Origin: an uncultured bacterium
GTDB taxonomy: Bacteria; Bacteroidota; Bacteroidia; Bacteroidales; CAIWKO01
Direction: 5' to 3'
Assembly: GCA_903862465.1 (NCBI GenBank)
Contig: CAIOYH010000124.1
Span: 1-61,795, forward strand
Length of the DNA: 61,795 nt
Shown here: one piece after another, positions 26,820-38,181 of the stretch
Layout: each line of letters begins with the position of its first letter
Numbering within the stretch: the stretch's first letter is position 1
Translations under genes and position numbers: made by a program
The notes under the pieces: generated by a model
What the model was told of the DNA's origin: nothing
Databases searched by the model: none
What the model saw: only the letters and a program-made list of their open reading frames with translations

Positions 26820-28475
26820 CTAACCCCCTAACAACTCCCTAGCCGTAACCATAGCAGCCTCAGTGATGTTGCTGCCACTCACCATTTCGGCGATGGCTTC
26901 TACCCTACCCTGCGCTTCGAGGGTTCTAATCTTCACGAAAGTGGACTGCTTATCGCTTACTTTATACACCTGAAAGTGTGTAGTGCCTTTGGCGGCAATT
27001 TGGGGCAGATGAGTGATGGCTATCACCTGCATACCTGTAGCCAACTTTTTCATTATCGAACCTGTTTGCGCAGCCACTTCGCCCGAAACGCCGGAATCTA
27101 TCTCATCAAAAATAATGGTTGGCAAGAGTTTCTTTTCGGAAATCAGCGACTTAAAGGCCAACATCAAGCGCGACAATTCCCCACCCGACGCCACTTTATC
27201 TATGGCTTTCATCTCCGAACCTTTGTTAGCCGAAAAGGTGAAAACAATGTCGTCCAAACCATGCTCTTTCATCACTACAGAGCGATTATTTTCGGCTTTC
27301 ACCCTCACATTGGGCATCCCCAACTTGATTAAAATCTGAACTGCTTTCTGTTCAATCTCTGCAAAAACCTTCTTACGCTTCTGCGAAAGCGTCTCTGCCG
27401 TAGCCAATAATTCCTTCTCCTTGATTTGTATAGCTTTTTCTACAGCTTTGATTTTAGCTTCCAAAGAAGCAATATCTTGTATCTTATTGTCCAAATCGGT
27501 GCGGATGTCCAAGAGTTCTTTCACCGTACTGACGCGATGTTTTTGCTGCAAGCGATACAGTTCGTTCAAACGCAAATTGATGTTCTCGCTGCGTTCGGGA
27601 TTAAATAAGGTGCGCTCTTCAATGCGCTCCAACTCGGCAGTGATATCTTTCAACTCAATGTTGAGCGAATGGATGCGCTGCGCATTTTCTTCAAGTTCTT
27701 TATCAAAGGAAGCTAGTTGGGCTATTTGATTTTGGATAACTACAGTTTGTTGCAGGATGTTGTTCTCGGAATTATTCAAGGCATAGAGCGCTTTGTTGAG
27801 CGTTGATTTTATCAACTCCACATGATTCAGCAAATCGAGTTCTTGCTCCAAATCTGTCTGCTCATGCTCAATCAAATTAGCCGATTCGAGTTCGCTATAT
27901 AAAAAGGTATAATAATCGTTATCAGCACTAGCTTTCGCTTCGGTATCCTTCAATTGCTGCAACGCTTTCTTTTGTTCCCTTATGTGAATGAATTCGCTCC
28001 TATAAGCCTTCACCTCATCTAAAATCCCTGCATAACTGTCAATCACATACAGTTGAAACTCTGTTTCATTTATTTGCAGCGTCTTGTGTTGCGAATGAAT
28101 ATCAATCAGCTTATCGCCCAATTCTTTTAACTGCGATACGTTGACGGGTGTATCATTGATAAATGCCCGCGACTTGCCTTCAGGATTAATCTCTCTTCGT
28201 ATCAACAGGGTCGCATCAAAATCCAATTCATTTCTTTTGAAGAAATCCGAAAGATTGTAGTTAGTAATATCAAAACAAGCTTCGATGACGCACTTCTTTG
28301 TTTTATCGAGCAGCACATGGGCTTCGGCACGTTGACCAATGATAAGGGATAGAGCATCCAAAATGATTGATTTGCCTGCTCCTGTTTCGCCGGTGACGGT
28401 AGTAAATCCTGCTGAAAAGTCTATATCAAGCGCATCAATTAGAGCATAATTGCGGATTGAAAGATTTTTGAGCAT
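26820..28475 (-). CDS. recN: DNA repair protein RecN
   Basis: Walker A TGETGAGKS, signature ASGGELSR, Walker B IIFDEID, ITHLPQIAA. Confidence 0.97.
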   Translation of the reverse strand: MLKNLSIRNYALIDALDIDFSAGFTTVTGETGAGKSIILDALSLIIGQRAEAHVLLDKTKKCVIEACFDITNYNLSDFFKRNELDFDATLLIRREINPEGKSRAFINDTPVNVSQLKELGDKLIDIHSQHKTLQINETEFQLYVIDSYAGILDEVKAYRSEFIHIREQKKALQQLKDTEAKASADNDYYTFLYSELESANLIEHEQTDLEQELDLLNHVELIKSTLNKALYALNNSENNILQQTVVIQNQIAQLASFDKELEENAQRIHSLNIELKDITAELERIEERTLFNPERSENINLRLNELYRLQQKHRVSTVKELLDIRTDLDNKIQDIASLEAKIKAVEKAIQIKEKELLATAETLSQKRKKVFAEIEQKAVQILIKLGMPNVRVKAENNRSVVMKEHGLDDIVFTFSANKGSEMKAIDKVASGGELSRLMLAFKSLISEKKLLPTIIFDEIDSGVSGEVAAQTGSIMKKLATGMQVIAITHLPQIAAKGTTHFQVYKVSDKQSTFVKIRTLEAQGRVEAIAEMVSGSNITEAAMVTARELLGG

Positions 28476-28487
28476 AACGAAAGGAGA

Positions 28488-29393
28488 TTACTTTGCGTTC
28501 AGAATTTTAGTATTGAAATCATTGGAATGTGCAGGCTCTATATCTTTCAACATATTCACCACACGTGGTCTGTCGGATATAGGTGCTTGCGAAAAAACAT
28601 TGATAATCTCATCGCGTTTGGTATCCATAAAAACAGTAACCAAATACAGATTTGGAGTTTGTTTCGCTACATATTGCAGCTTTTCTATGCCGGTGGTTAT
28701 GGCAGCTCTACCCTGCATCATATCGTCTTTCAACACGTCAAAACCCTTCAAGTGGTAATAATACATACATTCTCGTATGCCGCCGTAGGAATCGTTTAAT
28801 AAGTTCTCAACTAACCAATAGCGATTCTTCTTACTTTCAAAAGACTTCCAACCTTTTTCGCCACCATTCTGCGATAGATTCACCAAGGTCTGAGCCTTGG
28901 TATAAAACTGCGATCCCCCTTTAAGCGAAAACGAATCGAAATCCATGCCTATGATGATATAGGCATAATACCCCAAAACGGCAGTCAGATTGGAGTAGAT
29001 GTTGTTATCATCATACTCCAAAGCTTGTTTTTGAATATATTTAAAAGAAAGGTCTTTGTCAATCAAATTAATCAAGGGTGAGAAATAAGAAGTACCAAAC
29101 ACCGGACGACGCGATTGCACCTGAATAGTTCCTTTAAATTCTTGATCCGAAACGCGCTCGGTGATATTGATAAATATATTACAATCAATTTTTTCTTCTG
29201 TACTATAAGTATAATTGGTCCATTTACGAGTATTCATAAACTCCTTAATAGCAGTTTGCAAATCCTCATACACCGATTTATCGCTTCCGCTGATTTGAGT
29301 AGAATTAACCGTTACAGTACACAACAACTCCTGTGCATGCGTATTTACAGCAGCAACAAGAATAACAATTAATACATAGAATACTTTTTTCAT
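28488..29393 (-). CDS. porD: DUF4835 family / type IX secretion protein PorD-like
   Basis: Signal peptide then QELLCTVTVN, FMNTRKWT, NRYWLVENL. Canonical position between coaBC and recN in Bacteroidota. Confidence 0.75.
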   Translation of the reverse strand: MKKVFYVLIVILVAAVNTHAQELLCTVTVNSTQISGSDKSVYEDLQTAIKEFMNTRKWTNYTYSTEEKIDCNIFINITERVSDQEFKGTIQVQSRRPVFGTSYFSPLINLIDKDLSFKYIQKQALEYDDNNIYSNLTAVLGYYAYIIIGMDFDSFSLKGGSQFYTKAQTLVNLSQNGGEKGWKSFESKKNRYWLVENLLNDSYGGIRECMYYYHLKGFDVLKDDMMQGRAAITTGIEKLQYVAKQTPNLYLVTVFMDTKRDEIINVFSQAPISDRPRVVNMLKDIEPAHSNDFNTKILNAK

Positions 29394-29396
29394 ATC

Positions 29397-30605
29397 TTAT
29401 TTTTTATAAGTAGCAATAATTTCATTGACGATATCAACGGCTACTTTGCTCTTTGGTTTCAAGTCAAAAACTTTCAAAGAGAAGTGTTTGTTGATTATGG
29501 TGATTTTATTTGTAAGGTGCTTAAATCCGGCACCTTTATCTCGCAAAGAATTAAGAACGATGAAATCGAGGTTTTTATTTTTCACTTTCAATTTAGCATT
29601 ATTCAATTCGTTGTCAGTTTCCAAAGCGAAACCTACTAGCATTTGGTCGTTACGTTTCTTTTTACCCAATTCTTCAAGAATATCAGGTGTCTTGACCAAT
29701 TTAATAGAGATTTTATCGGGTTGTTTTTTTATTTTCTTTGCAGAAATATCTTCAGACATATAGTCGGCAACCGCAGCAGCCATAATCGTGATATCATTAT
29801 GTTCGAAATGCTCTAAGCAGACAGTTCTCATTTGATTTGCAGTAACCACATTAATGCGATTTACAGTGGGCATTGCGATAGATAAATTGACGGGACCTGC
29901 TATCAGCGTTACATGAGCACCTCGTTCCGCACAGATGCGTGCCATTTCAAATCCCATCAAACCCGACGAATGATTGGTGATGAAACGAACGGGGTCAATG
30001 CTTTCCTGTGTGGGACCTGCGGTGATTAGAATCTTTCTATTTTTTAAATCTTGCCCCCTATTTACGTATTCCAAGAGTGCTCCAACAATTTTTTCAGGCT
30101 CTTCCATCCTTCCGTCGCCAACGGTGCCACAAGCTAAATCACCATAAGCAGGTGCCATGAACGAAATTCCATTTGATTCTAGATATTTGATATTTTTTTG
30201 AACAGGAAAACTGTTATACATCCCTGTATTCATGGCAGGAGCAATAAAAACTTTTTTGGTGAAAGCCAACAGCAAGGTGGAAAGAACATCGTCGGCAATA
30301 CCATTGGCATATTTTCCAATGATATTAGCACTTGCCGGAGCAATCAGCAGCACATCACCCCATTCTGCCATGCTGATATGTTCGGTGGAATAATCATTAT
30401 CTTTATCGAAAACATCGTAATACAACTTGTTTTTCGATAGGGTTTCTAAGGTCATCTTAGTAACAAACTCCAAGGCGTTTTTTGTAGCTACTATCTTCAC
30501 CTCCGCCCCTTCTTTAATCAAAGAACGAATCAGTATGGGTATTTTGTAGGCTGCAATACTCCCTGTAATTCCAATAATGATTTTTTTGCCTTTAAGCATA
30601 CCCAA
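29397..30605 (-). CDS. coaBC: Bifunctional phosphopantothenoylcysteine decarboxylase/synthase
   Basis: TGSIAAYK, APAMN, LACG, ITAGPT.E.IDPVRFITNHSSG, GFALET motifs. Confidence 0.97.
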   Translation of the reverse strand: MGMLKGKKIIIGITGSIAAYKIPILIRSLIKEGAEVKIVATKNALEFVTKMTLETLSKNKLYYDVFDKDNDYSTEHISMAEWGDVLLIAPASANIIGKYANGIADDVLSTLLLAFTKKVFIAPAMNTGMYNSFPVQKNIKYLESNGISFMAPAYGDLACGTVGDGRMEEPEKIVGALLEYVNRGQDLKNRKILITAGPTQESIDPVRFITNHSSGLMGFEMARICAERGAHVTLIAGPVNLSIAMPTVNRINVVTANQMRTVCLEHFEHNDITIMAAAVADYMSEDISAKKIKKQPDKISIKLVKTPDILEELGKKKRNDQMLVGFALETDNELNNAKLKVKNKNLDFIVLNSLRDKGAGFKHLTNKITIINKHFSLKVFDLKPKSKVAVDIVNEIIATYKK

Positions 30606-30608
30606 ATA

Positions 30609-30968
30609 TTAAAAGTCTGTAGGGTTTTCTTTTGCCGGATTGTGAAAATATAATTTCCCTGTGAGATATTCTTGAATCGCCATCAAAGTAGATTTTGGTA
30701 AGCGTTCGTAATATTTTGCGATTTCAATCTGTTCGCGATTTTCAAAGATTTCTTCTAAATTGTCGGCAGGGATTCCAAATTCTTCTGTTTTCGATGTCAA
30801 CTCTTCTTTCAACTCCGTCGAGATTTTGTTGGCACGATTCGACAAGATCACCAATGTTTCATAAATGTTTCCGGTCCCCTTTCGGAAATCACTTATGTTT
30901 CTAGTAATGGCAAGTGTCCCTGTCTTAATTTTCTTATTATCCATGATGGCGGCTTTAGTTGTTTTCAT
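30609..30968 (-). CDS. rpoZ: RNA polymerase omega subunit (Bacteroidota type); start possibly 30944
   Basis: TGNIYE, EEIFENREQIEI..YYERLPK motifs; lies between bamD and coaBC. Confidence 0.88.
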   Translation of the reverse strand: MKTTKAAIMDNKKIKTGTLAITRNISDFRKGTGNIYETLVILSNRANKISTELKEELTSKTEEFGIPADNLEEIFENREQIEIAKYYERLPKSTLMAIQEYLTGKLYFHNPAKENPTDF

Positions 30969-31823
30969 TTAAATTTTACTTGGTTTTTTTGATTCGATAA
31001 TTTGTTTTTGTTTGTCAGATATCTTGGTTAATTCTTTTTCAACATTTTTCATTATATTCTTTGCATCCTTCTCAAAGGTTGTTTGTGGATAGGCAGCAAA
31101 CAAAGAGCTATACGCATCTTTAGCATTCATCAATCGTTCATTCTTTTTCGTTTCAATACTATTCATTGCATAATAATAATTCGAAACTAGGATATAATAA
31201 TACGCATCCTCTTTGTATTTGGTATCGGGAAAATCCTTTAGCAAGTTCTTAAATGCAATGGAAGCCGATTGATAGTTTTCGATCTTATAATACAGTTTCG
31301 CCGTTTCATAGGATTTTCTTTCAAGTTTTTCTCTCAATTCATCTATCAGCTCATTGCACTTATCTATACGCTTACTTTTCGGATAGGCATTTATAAAAAG
31401 CTGAAACTGTTTAATCGCATCCACAGAAATTGTTTGATCGAGACTATATTTCGGTGTAAACATATACTGACAATAGGCTGACATATACTGACATTCTTCT
31501 GCGTACTTACTCGTGGGGAAAGTTGAAGTGAATTTTGTAAAATAATATCCTGATTGCAGAAAATCGCCTTCACCAAAATAACAATAGGCAAAGTAATAAT
31601 TGATTTTCTCAGAAGTATCTGTTCCTCTATAGTAAATCAGCAATTCATCAAACAAAGTCATAGCACGATGAAAGTCATCTTTCTCATATAAAGCTACAGC
31701 AGTTGCATACTTTTGATTGATATTCGTACCTTTTAGAACCTTGCGATATTCGCTACAAGAATACATCAAAATCCCTGATAACAGGGCTAAAATAACTACT
31801 ATGACTCGGGTATTTTTAAACAT
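30969..31823 (-). CDS. bamD: Outer membrane protein assembly factor BamD lipoprotein
   Basis: Lipobox (YSC), TPR helices, YSLDQT, FQLFINAYP.S motifs; operon context. Confidence 0.92.
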   Translation of the reverse strand: MFKNTRVIVVILALLSGILMYSCSEYRKVLKGTNINQKYATAVALYEKDDFHRAMTLFDELLIYYRGTDTSEKINYYFAYCYFGEGDFLQSGYYFTKFTSTFPTSKYAEECQYMSAYCQYMFTPKYSLDQTISVDAIKQFQLFINAYPKSKRIDKCNELIDELREKLERKSYETAKLYYKIENYQSASIAFKNLLKDFPDTKYKEDAYYYILVSNYYYAMNSIETKKNERLMNAKDAYSSLFAAYPQTTFEKDAKNIMKNVEKELTKISDKQKQIIESKKPSKI

Positions 31824-31930
31824 GTTGCAAAATTAGTGTTTTTTTGATTATAAATAACTATTTTCAACAAATATTATTGCTCAGAAGTCATTCTTGAAGG
31901 ATAAATATACTATTCTTTTCTAGTGATAAA

Positions 31931-33838
31931 TTAATAATCCATGTAATCTTGAAACACACATTGCATGTAGGATTTAGCCTGTTTTTCCAAAATAGATTGT
32001 GTGATGTGTGTGGTTGAATCTATTCGTAACAAGCCTGTGCTATTGCTTCGCACATCAAAGAGATAAGTCGCTCCGGGCACAACCAACCCAAAAGCATTGT
32101 AATAATCATAAAAAGCAAATTGAGAACAATCGGGTTGTAACAAATCTTTACTCCACACAAACTCCTCATGCTTCAATCCCATCTGACCGAGTAGTGTAGC
32201 AGCCAAATCCACTTGCGAACCAATATTCTCTACCTTTTTCCCTTTAAATTCATCTTTAATAACATTGCCCGCCATCAAGAAAACTATTTTATGATACTCG
32301 GGCGTACAAAAATCATAATTGGGATAGGAACTATGTCCATGGTCTGATATCAAAATAAAGAGCGTATTGTCATACCAAGCTTGTTTCTGTGCTTCAACAA
32401 AAAAGTTTCGCAGGCAATTGTCCGAATAATAGGCTGAGTTCACATACTTTGTTTCAAATTGGGTCCAATGTATCTTTTCTTGCATATCAAAATCATAAGG
32501 TGAATGAGTGCTCATGGTGAAGATGGAAGAAAAGAAAGGTTGTTTTTGCATACCGAGTTCATTCATGAAATATGGGAAGGTATATTCATCATGAATTCCA
32601 AGTTTGCCATGCGGAAGTGAAGAGGGGAAATTATTGCCCTCAACGATTTTATCCATTTCGTTAAAAGATAAATAGCTTTTTATGTTTCCATAAATTAGTT
32701 GTCCACCAAAATAATACGAAGAGTAATATCCCTGCGCTTTTATTTTCTTATTTAGGCTAGGCAGTTTGCTGTATTTCTCAGGTTCCTGCGCAATGGTGGT
32801 GATAGTTTGGGCGGGAAAGCCACTAAAAATGGCTGCCATCCCCTCTTGCGAACGTGTTCCGCTTGAATAGATATTCGTAAACATCAATCCATTTTTCTCC
32901 AATTCGTGAAAGAATGGCGTGATTTCCTTGTCCCCTTGGCTCTCTACAAGCGATGCAGACCATCCCTCCAAAATAAACATTACGATGTTCGGACGCTGCG
33001 TCTTTACTACAAGTGTGGTGCTGTCGTTTTTAACATTGAAGAGTTCTTTCACGGTTCGCCTTGAATCCTTCAAATCATAATATTGATAAGGATTTTTACC
33101 CAACAAATCGTAATTTTGTCCAATACTACTTATAATATTCCATCCTGAATTCACAGAGGTGAGGTTCAATATGTCATGGTTTGAATAATAGGATTGGCTT
33201 TGGTTGATGGGGATTTGATGGAAACCTCCGCGCATCCCCAAAAATAGCAGGGCAGGCATCAGAATAACATAAGCTCCTGCAAAAATATAATTCCGCTTAT
33301 GTATCACAATTTTCTGAAAGACAAACTTCAAATACAGCCAAAAATACATAACAACTTGTATCAAGAAAAATAATATAAATACTATTAACTGCCATGTTGG
33401 TGCGGTAGATAATATCTCGGAGGGGTGCATAATATACAACAAGGCTTTGTAATGCAATTTGGTTTTCCATTCGTCATACACTGCAATTTCGGTTGTTGTT
33501 ATCATCAGAATAACGAGCAGCATCAGCAATACATAAATTTTATGAACGATGTCGAGTATCTTATGCGTAAAGAAATTCTGAATAAATAAAATTAAAAATG
33601 GAAACCACATCAGATAACAAATGGTGGACTGATCCAAAGGAAAGGAATACCAAAAAACGCCTAGAACATTCCAAAAGGAAATTCCTGTTAGATATTTCAA
33701 ATTAAAAAGCAAAAAAACAATGCGATTGCAGTCGAAAAACAGTAACCAAAACAGCATTTGTTTGAAAAAAGATATAATAATTTGCTTAGGCAAAATTGTC
33801 ATTTTTAATATTTGTGCAAAAGTATTATTTATCTTCAT
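31931..33838 (-). CDS. LTA synthase family / sulfatase-like membrane protein; start possibly 33802
   Basis: About five TM helices, then PNIVMFILEGW, SGTRS, STHSPYD, ISDHG alkaline-phosphatase-superfamily motifs. Confidence 0.88.
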   Translation of the reverse strand: MKINNTFAQILKMTILPKQIIISFFKQMLFWLLFFDCNRIVFLLFNLKYLTGISFWNVLGVFWYSFPLDQSTICYLMWFPFLILFIQNFFTHKILDIVHKIYVLLMLLVILMITTTEIAVYDEWKTKLHYKALLYIMHPSEILSTAPTWQLIVFILFFLIQVVMYFWLYLKFVFQKIVIHKRNYIFAGAYVILMPALLFLGMRGGFHQIPINQSQSYYSNHDILNLTSVNSGWNIISSIGQNYDLLGKNPYQYYDLKDSRRTVKELFNVKNDSTTLVVKTQRPNIVMFILEGWSASLVESQGDKEITPFFHELEKNGLMFTNIYSSGTRSQEGMAAIFSGFPAQTITTIAQEPEKYSKLPSLNKKIKAQGYYSSYYFGGQLIYGNIKSYLSFNEMDKIVEGNNFPSSLPHGKLGIHDEYTFPYFMNELGMQKQPFFSSIFTMSTHSPYDFDMQEKIHWTQFETKYVNSAYYSDNCLRNFFVEAQKQAWYDNTLFILISDHGHSSYPNYDFCTPEYHKIVFLMAGNVIKDEFKGKKVENIGSQVDLAATLLGQMGLKHEEFVWSKDLLQPDCSQFAFYDYYNAFGLVVPGATYLFDVRSNSTGLLRIDSTTHITQSILEKQAKSYMQCVFQDYMDY

Positions 33839-33914
33839 ACAAATAAAATATTTTCATGTCAAAAATAATTAGTAATTTTATACCCTCAAATTATTAATCA
33901 TAAAAACAGGTACC

Positions 33915-36900
33915 ATGAAAAAAATTAGATTACTCTTTTTACCCCTCATTCTACTCGCATTAGCACAAAGCAGCTTGGCGCAAATCAGTAGCAAAATCAC
34001 ACAAATTGCGACAGTTAAAAATCAATCAGGTTGGGTTGAATTCAAATCAAATCTCACGATTGACCCTGCAACAATCTTCACTACACAGAAAGAATTGTTC
34101 GGGTTGAATACTGCCGATATGATGAAAGTTTATCGTTCGGAAAGCGATAAAATTGGTTATACACATTATCGTTACCAACAATTTTATCAAAATATCCCTA
34201 TTGAAGGTGCCGAATATCTAATTCACAGCATCGGCAACAAGTCAATTAGTGGCAATGGTAACATTATTTCGGGCATCACGAAAGATATTACGCCTGCTAT
34301 TTCGGCTCAAAGCGCCATCAGCAAAGCAATCAAATATGTGAATGCTGCGAAATATATGTGGGAAATTCCTGCCAACGAACAATTCATCAAAATGGCAAAG
34401 AAAGATGCTTCGGCAAGCTATTATCCAAAAGCAACTTTAGTTTTGATAGATAAAAAGTTCGGCAAAAATGCCGCTAACTATGTATTGGCTTATAAAGTGG
34501 ATGTTTATGCTGCTTCACCTGTTTCCTATAGAAACATTTATGTGAATGCAAAAACAGGCGAAATTTATCACACGATGAATTTGCTTCGCGATACGGACGT
34601 ACCGGGCACTGCCACGACCAAATACAGTGGTGTGCAACCCATCACAACAGATTCAACGGCTCCGGGAGCTTACCGATTGAGAGAAACAGATCGCTGCGGC
34701 ATCGAAACCTATAATATGTTAGCTGGAACGGATTATGGCGTTGCTGTTGATTTTACTGATACGGACAATAATTGGAACAACGTGAACGCTCAGCAAGACG
34801 AAGTGGCTACTGATGCACATTTCGGAGCTGAAAAAACATACGATTATTATCTGGAGAAATTCGGCAGACAAAGTTATGACAACCTCAACTCGCCTTTATT
34901 AAGCTATGTACATTATGATGTTGACTACGCCAATGCATATTGGGACGGACTGCGCATGACATACGGTGATGGCGACGGAACAACCAACGGACCTTTGACT
35001 TCTTTGGATGTGTGCGGTCATGAAATCACACACGGTGTTACGGAACATTCTTGCAATCTTGTGTATCAAGATGAACCCGGCGGATTGAACGAAGCTTTCA
35101 GCGATATCTTCGGAGCTGCTATTGAATTTTACGCTTCGCCCGCTACAGGAGATTGGTTTGTTGGTGAAGATTTCGATTTGACAGGCGGTCATGGATTCCG
35201 CAACATGTCGAATCCTGCCGAATTTCAACAGCCTGATACCTATTTGGGAACCTATTGGTATGTGGGCGTGATGGACAATGGCGGTGTTCACACCAACAGC
35301 GGTGTAGCAAACTATTGGTTCTATCTGTTATCGGATGGCGGCAGCGGCACCAACGATATCGGCAGTGTTTATACTGTGGCAGGTATTGGCATTGACAAAG
35401 CTGCTCAGATTGCCTATCGCACCTTGACGAATTATTTGACAAGCACTTCCAATTATGTTGACACTCGTGTAGCTTCACTCCAAGCAGCTATTGACTTATA
35501 TGGTCCTTGCTCCAACGAAGCGATACAAACCGCCAATGCTTGGTTTGCTGTTGGTGTGGGACAAGCGGTTGCCGACAATGACGTGTATATTGCCGCCGTG
35601 TTAACCCCAAAAACAGATTGTGGCTTGACTTCAGAAATCGTTAGCGTGCGTATGATTTATAACGGATGCAACACCCCCATAAATGCAGGACAGACCATAC
35701 ATTTCTTTTATAAAGCGGATGGCGGCACCACAGTGGCTGACAGCTTGACTTTGGCAGCAAACCTCAACGGTGGCGACACCATTGACTTTTCATTTGCAAC
35801 ACCCACCGATGTGCATTTGTTAGGAAACCATACCATAGATTGTTGGGTAAATTATGCCGGCGACACGGTGGCTACCAACGACACCTTGGCTACCTATACT
35901 TTTACTAATAGACTCTATCAAAACAGCGATGTAGGCGTTTCGGCTATTGTGGCTCCCGTTTCGGAATGTCACATGGCGAATATCGAAAATGTTACCGTCG
36001 CGGTGAAATTCTATGGCTGCGAATTTCTGGCTGCCGGAAGTAAAATTCCTTTGGCATATACCGTCAACGGTGGTGCTGCTGTGATTGATACCCTTGTCAC
36101 CCCTTATGACATGACGCCCGATTCGGTGTTTTTACATACCTTCGCCACCCCCGCCAATCTATCAAATGTGGGAACCTATACTTTCACAGCACGGACAAAT
36201 TTCGGCATTGACAGCTTGCATACCAATGATGCTTTCAACGGTTATCTCGTAAAAAATCCATTTGCATTGAGAGATACTATCATCACATTTGAAGAAGCCA
36301 ACACAGCGAATAATTTCTTGGTAACAACAGGCGTTTATGCGCATGCTATGGTTTCTACGGCTGCTCACAACACGGGGGCTAAAGGTTTTCAGATGACCGG
36401 TGGCAATGTGATTTCCTATATGGCACAATTGGAATTTCCCGATGGCAACAACAACTGGACTATCAACGACTTTTTGTCGGCTAAGATTAAATTTTGTGTG
36501 GATGCTACCTCTTGGACCACTGCCACGATGCGTTTCGACCTGAAACAAACCTATGGACAGGTGGCTTATGAAATGTATTTAGGCGCAGGCAATGATTACA
36601 CCCAAGCGAGCAATTGCCGCGTGTTGGTGAACGATGTCATCCCCGTGAGTCCTACCTATAACCCCACCACAGGCAACACCGACCCGTTTGAAACCAAATT
36701 TATCAGCTTAGATGCTTACGCAGGCACCAAATTTACGGTGACCATCGAAACTCGTAATATCAGTAAAGACACTAACTATATCGTATTACTCGTGATGGAC
36801 AATGCCTACGTGGACAATGTGAAGTTTATGAAGAACTCCGACATTGGCATTGACGAAAGCAATTTGAAGGATAATATAAAGGTATATCCTAACCCTGTTA

Positions 36901-37118
36901 CGGATCAACTGAACGTGAATTTCTTTGCCAACTCGGCACAACAAATCAAGGTGGAAGTGCTCGACCTGCAAGGCAAAATGATACAACAACGCCAATCAGA
37001 TGCCGCCATCGGACAAAATAGCTACCAATTCGACATGAGCAACGACCCGTCAGGTATCTATTTTATCAGAATAACGATGGATAAGGGAGTGTATAATAAT
37101 AAGGTCGTGAAACAATAA
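33915..37118 (+). CDS. M4 (thermolysin-family) metallopeptidase with T9SS C-terminal domain
   Basis: FTP/PepSY propeptide, NAYW, HEITH, GGLNEAFSD, DNGGVHTNS, and a C-terminal VYPNP...GIYFIRI...KVVK. Confidence 0.95.
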   Translation: MKKIRLLFLPLILLALAQSSLAQISSKITQIATVKNQSGWVEFKSNLTIDPATIFTTQKELFGLNTADMMKVYRSESDKIGYTHYRYQQFYQNIPIEGAEYLIHSIGNKSISGNGNIISGITKDITPAISAQSAISKAIKYVNAAKYMWEIPANEQFIKMAKKDASASYYPKATLVLIDKKFGKNAANYVLAYKVDVYAASPVSYRNIYVNAKTGEIYHTMNLLRDTDVPGTATTKYSGVQPITTDSTAPGAYRLRETDRCGIETYNMLAGTDYGVAVDFTDTDNNWNNVNAQQDEVATDAHFGAEKTYDYYLEKFGRQSYDNLNSPLLSYVHYDVDYANAYWDGLRMTYGDGDGTTNGPLTSLDVCGHEITHGVTEHSCNLVYQDEPGGLNEAFSDIFGAAIEFYASPATGDWFVGEDFDLTGGHGFRNMSNPAEFQQPDTYLGTYWYVGVMDNGGVHTNSGVANYWFYLLSDGGSGTNDIGSVYTVAGIGIDKAAQIAYRTLTNYLTSTSNYVDTRVASLQAAIDLYGPCSNEAIQTANAWFAVGVGQAVADNDVYIAAVLTPKTDCGLTSEIVSVRMIYNGCNTPINAGQTIHFFYKADGGTTVADSLTLAANLNGGDTIDFSFATPTDVHLLGNHTIDCWVNYAGDTVATNDTLATYTFTNRLYQNSDVGVSAIVAPVSECHMANIENVTVAVKFYGCEFLAAGSKIPLAYTVNGGAAVIDTLVTPYDMTPDSVFLHTFATPANLSNVGTYTFTARTNFGIDSLHTNDAFNGYLVKNPFALRDTIITFEEANTANNFLVTTGVYAHAMVSTAAHNTGAKGFQMTGGNVISYMAQLEFPDGNNNWTINDFLSAKIKFCVDATSWTTATMRFDLKQTYGQVAYEMYLGAGNDYTQASNCRVLVNDVIPVSPTYNPTTGNTDPFETKFISLDAYAGTKFTVTIETRNISKDTNYIVLLVMDNAYVDNVKFMKNSDIGIDESNLKDNIKVYPNPVTDQLNVNFFANSAQQIKVEVLDLQGKMIQQRQSDAAIGQNSYQFDMSNDPSGIYFIRITMDKGVYNNKVVKQ

Positions 37119-37120
37119 GA

Positions 37121-37200
37121 TCCAAATACCAAATTCCAAATACCAAATACCAAGAAACCAAGGATTAGATATTAAATCTTAAATCAAAAATCTAAAATCT
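37121..37200. repeat. 7-bp tandem repeats (CCAAATA, then AAATCTA-like) between convergent genes
   Basis: Visible 7-nt period. Confidence 0.7.
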
Positions 37201-37607
37201 CACTTCGGTCGTATGAGACTCCAAGTTGAGTTAAAGAAATCCTGAATCATTTGGGGAGGCATGTTTTTCGTGTCTCCCCATTTTATTTCGTAGGTTTTGT
37301 TGTTGATGTCGCAGCGGATATAGGAGGTGATGTTGCCCGGATGCGAGAAATTCATCTTCGCGATGTTCAATTTCTCTAAGCCTTGGAAGATAGCTTTGAT
37401 TTGGTCTTTGCCCAATTGGATGAAATGTGTAGGTTCTTGTTTGTTGCTGATGTTAAGCACTTCGCCGGTGCTTTTCACTAGATATTCATCATATTTTCCG
37501 GTGAATCCGCCCCCTTTGCCGATGCAAAAAGAGCGTTCGGGGGCAATGGTTTTGCACGAAACCATCAACAGTAGTGCAGCCCATAAGAGCGATATATATT
37601 TTTTCAT
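37200..37607 (-). CDS. Small hypothetical lipoprotein
   Basis: The better start is ATG 37607 (MKKYISLLWAALLLMVSC, lipobox). GGGFTG motif. Confidence 0.75.
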   Translation of the reverse strand: MKKYISLLWAALLLMVSCKTIAPERSFCIGKGGGFTGKYDEYLVKSTGEVLNISNKQEPTHFIQLGKDQIKAIFQGLEKLNIAKMNFSHPGNITSYIRCDINNKTYEIKWGDTKNMPPQMIQDFFNSTWSLIRPK

Positions 37608-37809
37608 AAATAAAACGTATAAATATTTCTGTTCAAAATTAGATAAATTTTCGGATATGGAAGGAAAAATCACCACATAGACATATAGACACATAGGGAA
37701 TTTTAGATTTGAGATTTGAGATTTGGAACATTGTTTTTACCACATAGACACATAGAGCATATAGATAAATCTGAGGTCACTATAGAAACGCTGGTGGATG
37801 GTGAAAGTC

Positions 37810-38070
37810 ATTCGTGGGATATCAAAAGTCATTCGTGGATGTTTTTTTTGTTTTGGCAGGTCGTTTATCGGAATTCGTGGGTTGTAAATCCTCATTCGTG
37901 GGTTGTCAATCATTATTCGTGGATTGTAAATTCTTATTCGTAGGATGTAAATCCTTATTCGTTGAATGTAAATCCTTATTCGTTGAATGTAAATCCTTAT
38001 TCGTAGGATGTAAATCCTTATTCGTAGGATGTAAATCCTTATTCGTGGGATGTAAATCGGCATTCGTGAT
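37810..38070. repeat. 21-bp tandem array (unit ~ATTCGTAGGATGTAAATCCTT), 13 register positions, one degenerate
   Basis: ATTCGT recurs at 37810, 37831, 37873 ... 38062 (span 252 = 12 x 21). Confidence 0.95.
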
Positions 38071-38181
38071 GGTGAAAAAAGCATTTTTATTGTGTAATAA
38101 AATATTTCCAATCGCAACAATTTGCTTATTATTAGACTATTAAAATATAAAGAAGAAGAAGATTGTAATTTGAGTTCGCTT

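Noticed and set aside
33833-33847. Third copy of the cargo leader (CTTCATACAAATAAA matches 23406..23420)
   Set aside because: Only an AT-rich 15-mer matches. The hairpin and the CCGAAAAGCC/AGTAGG parts are missing.
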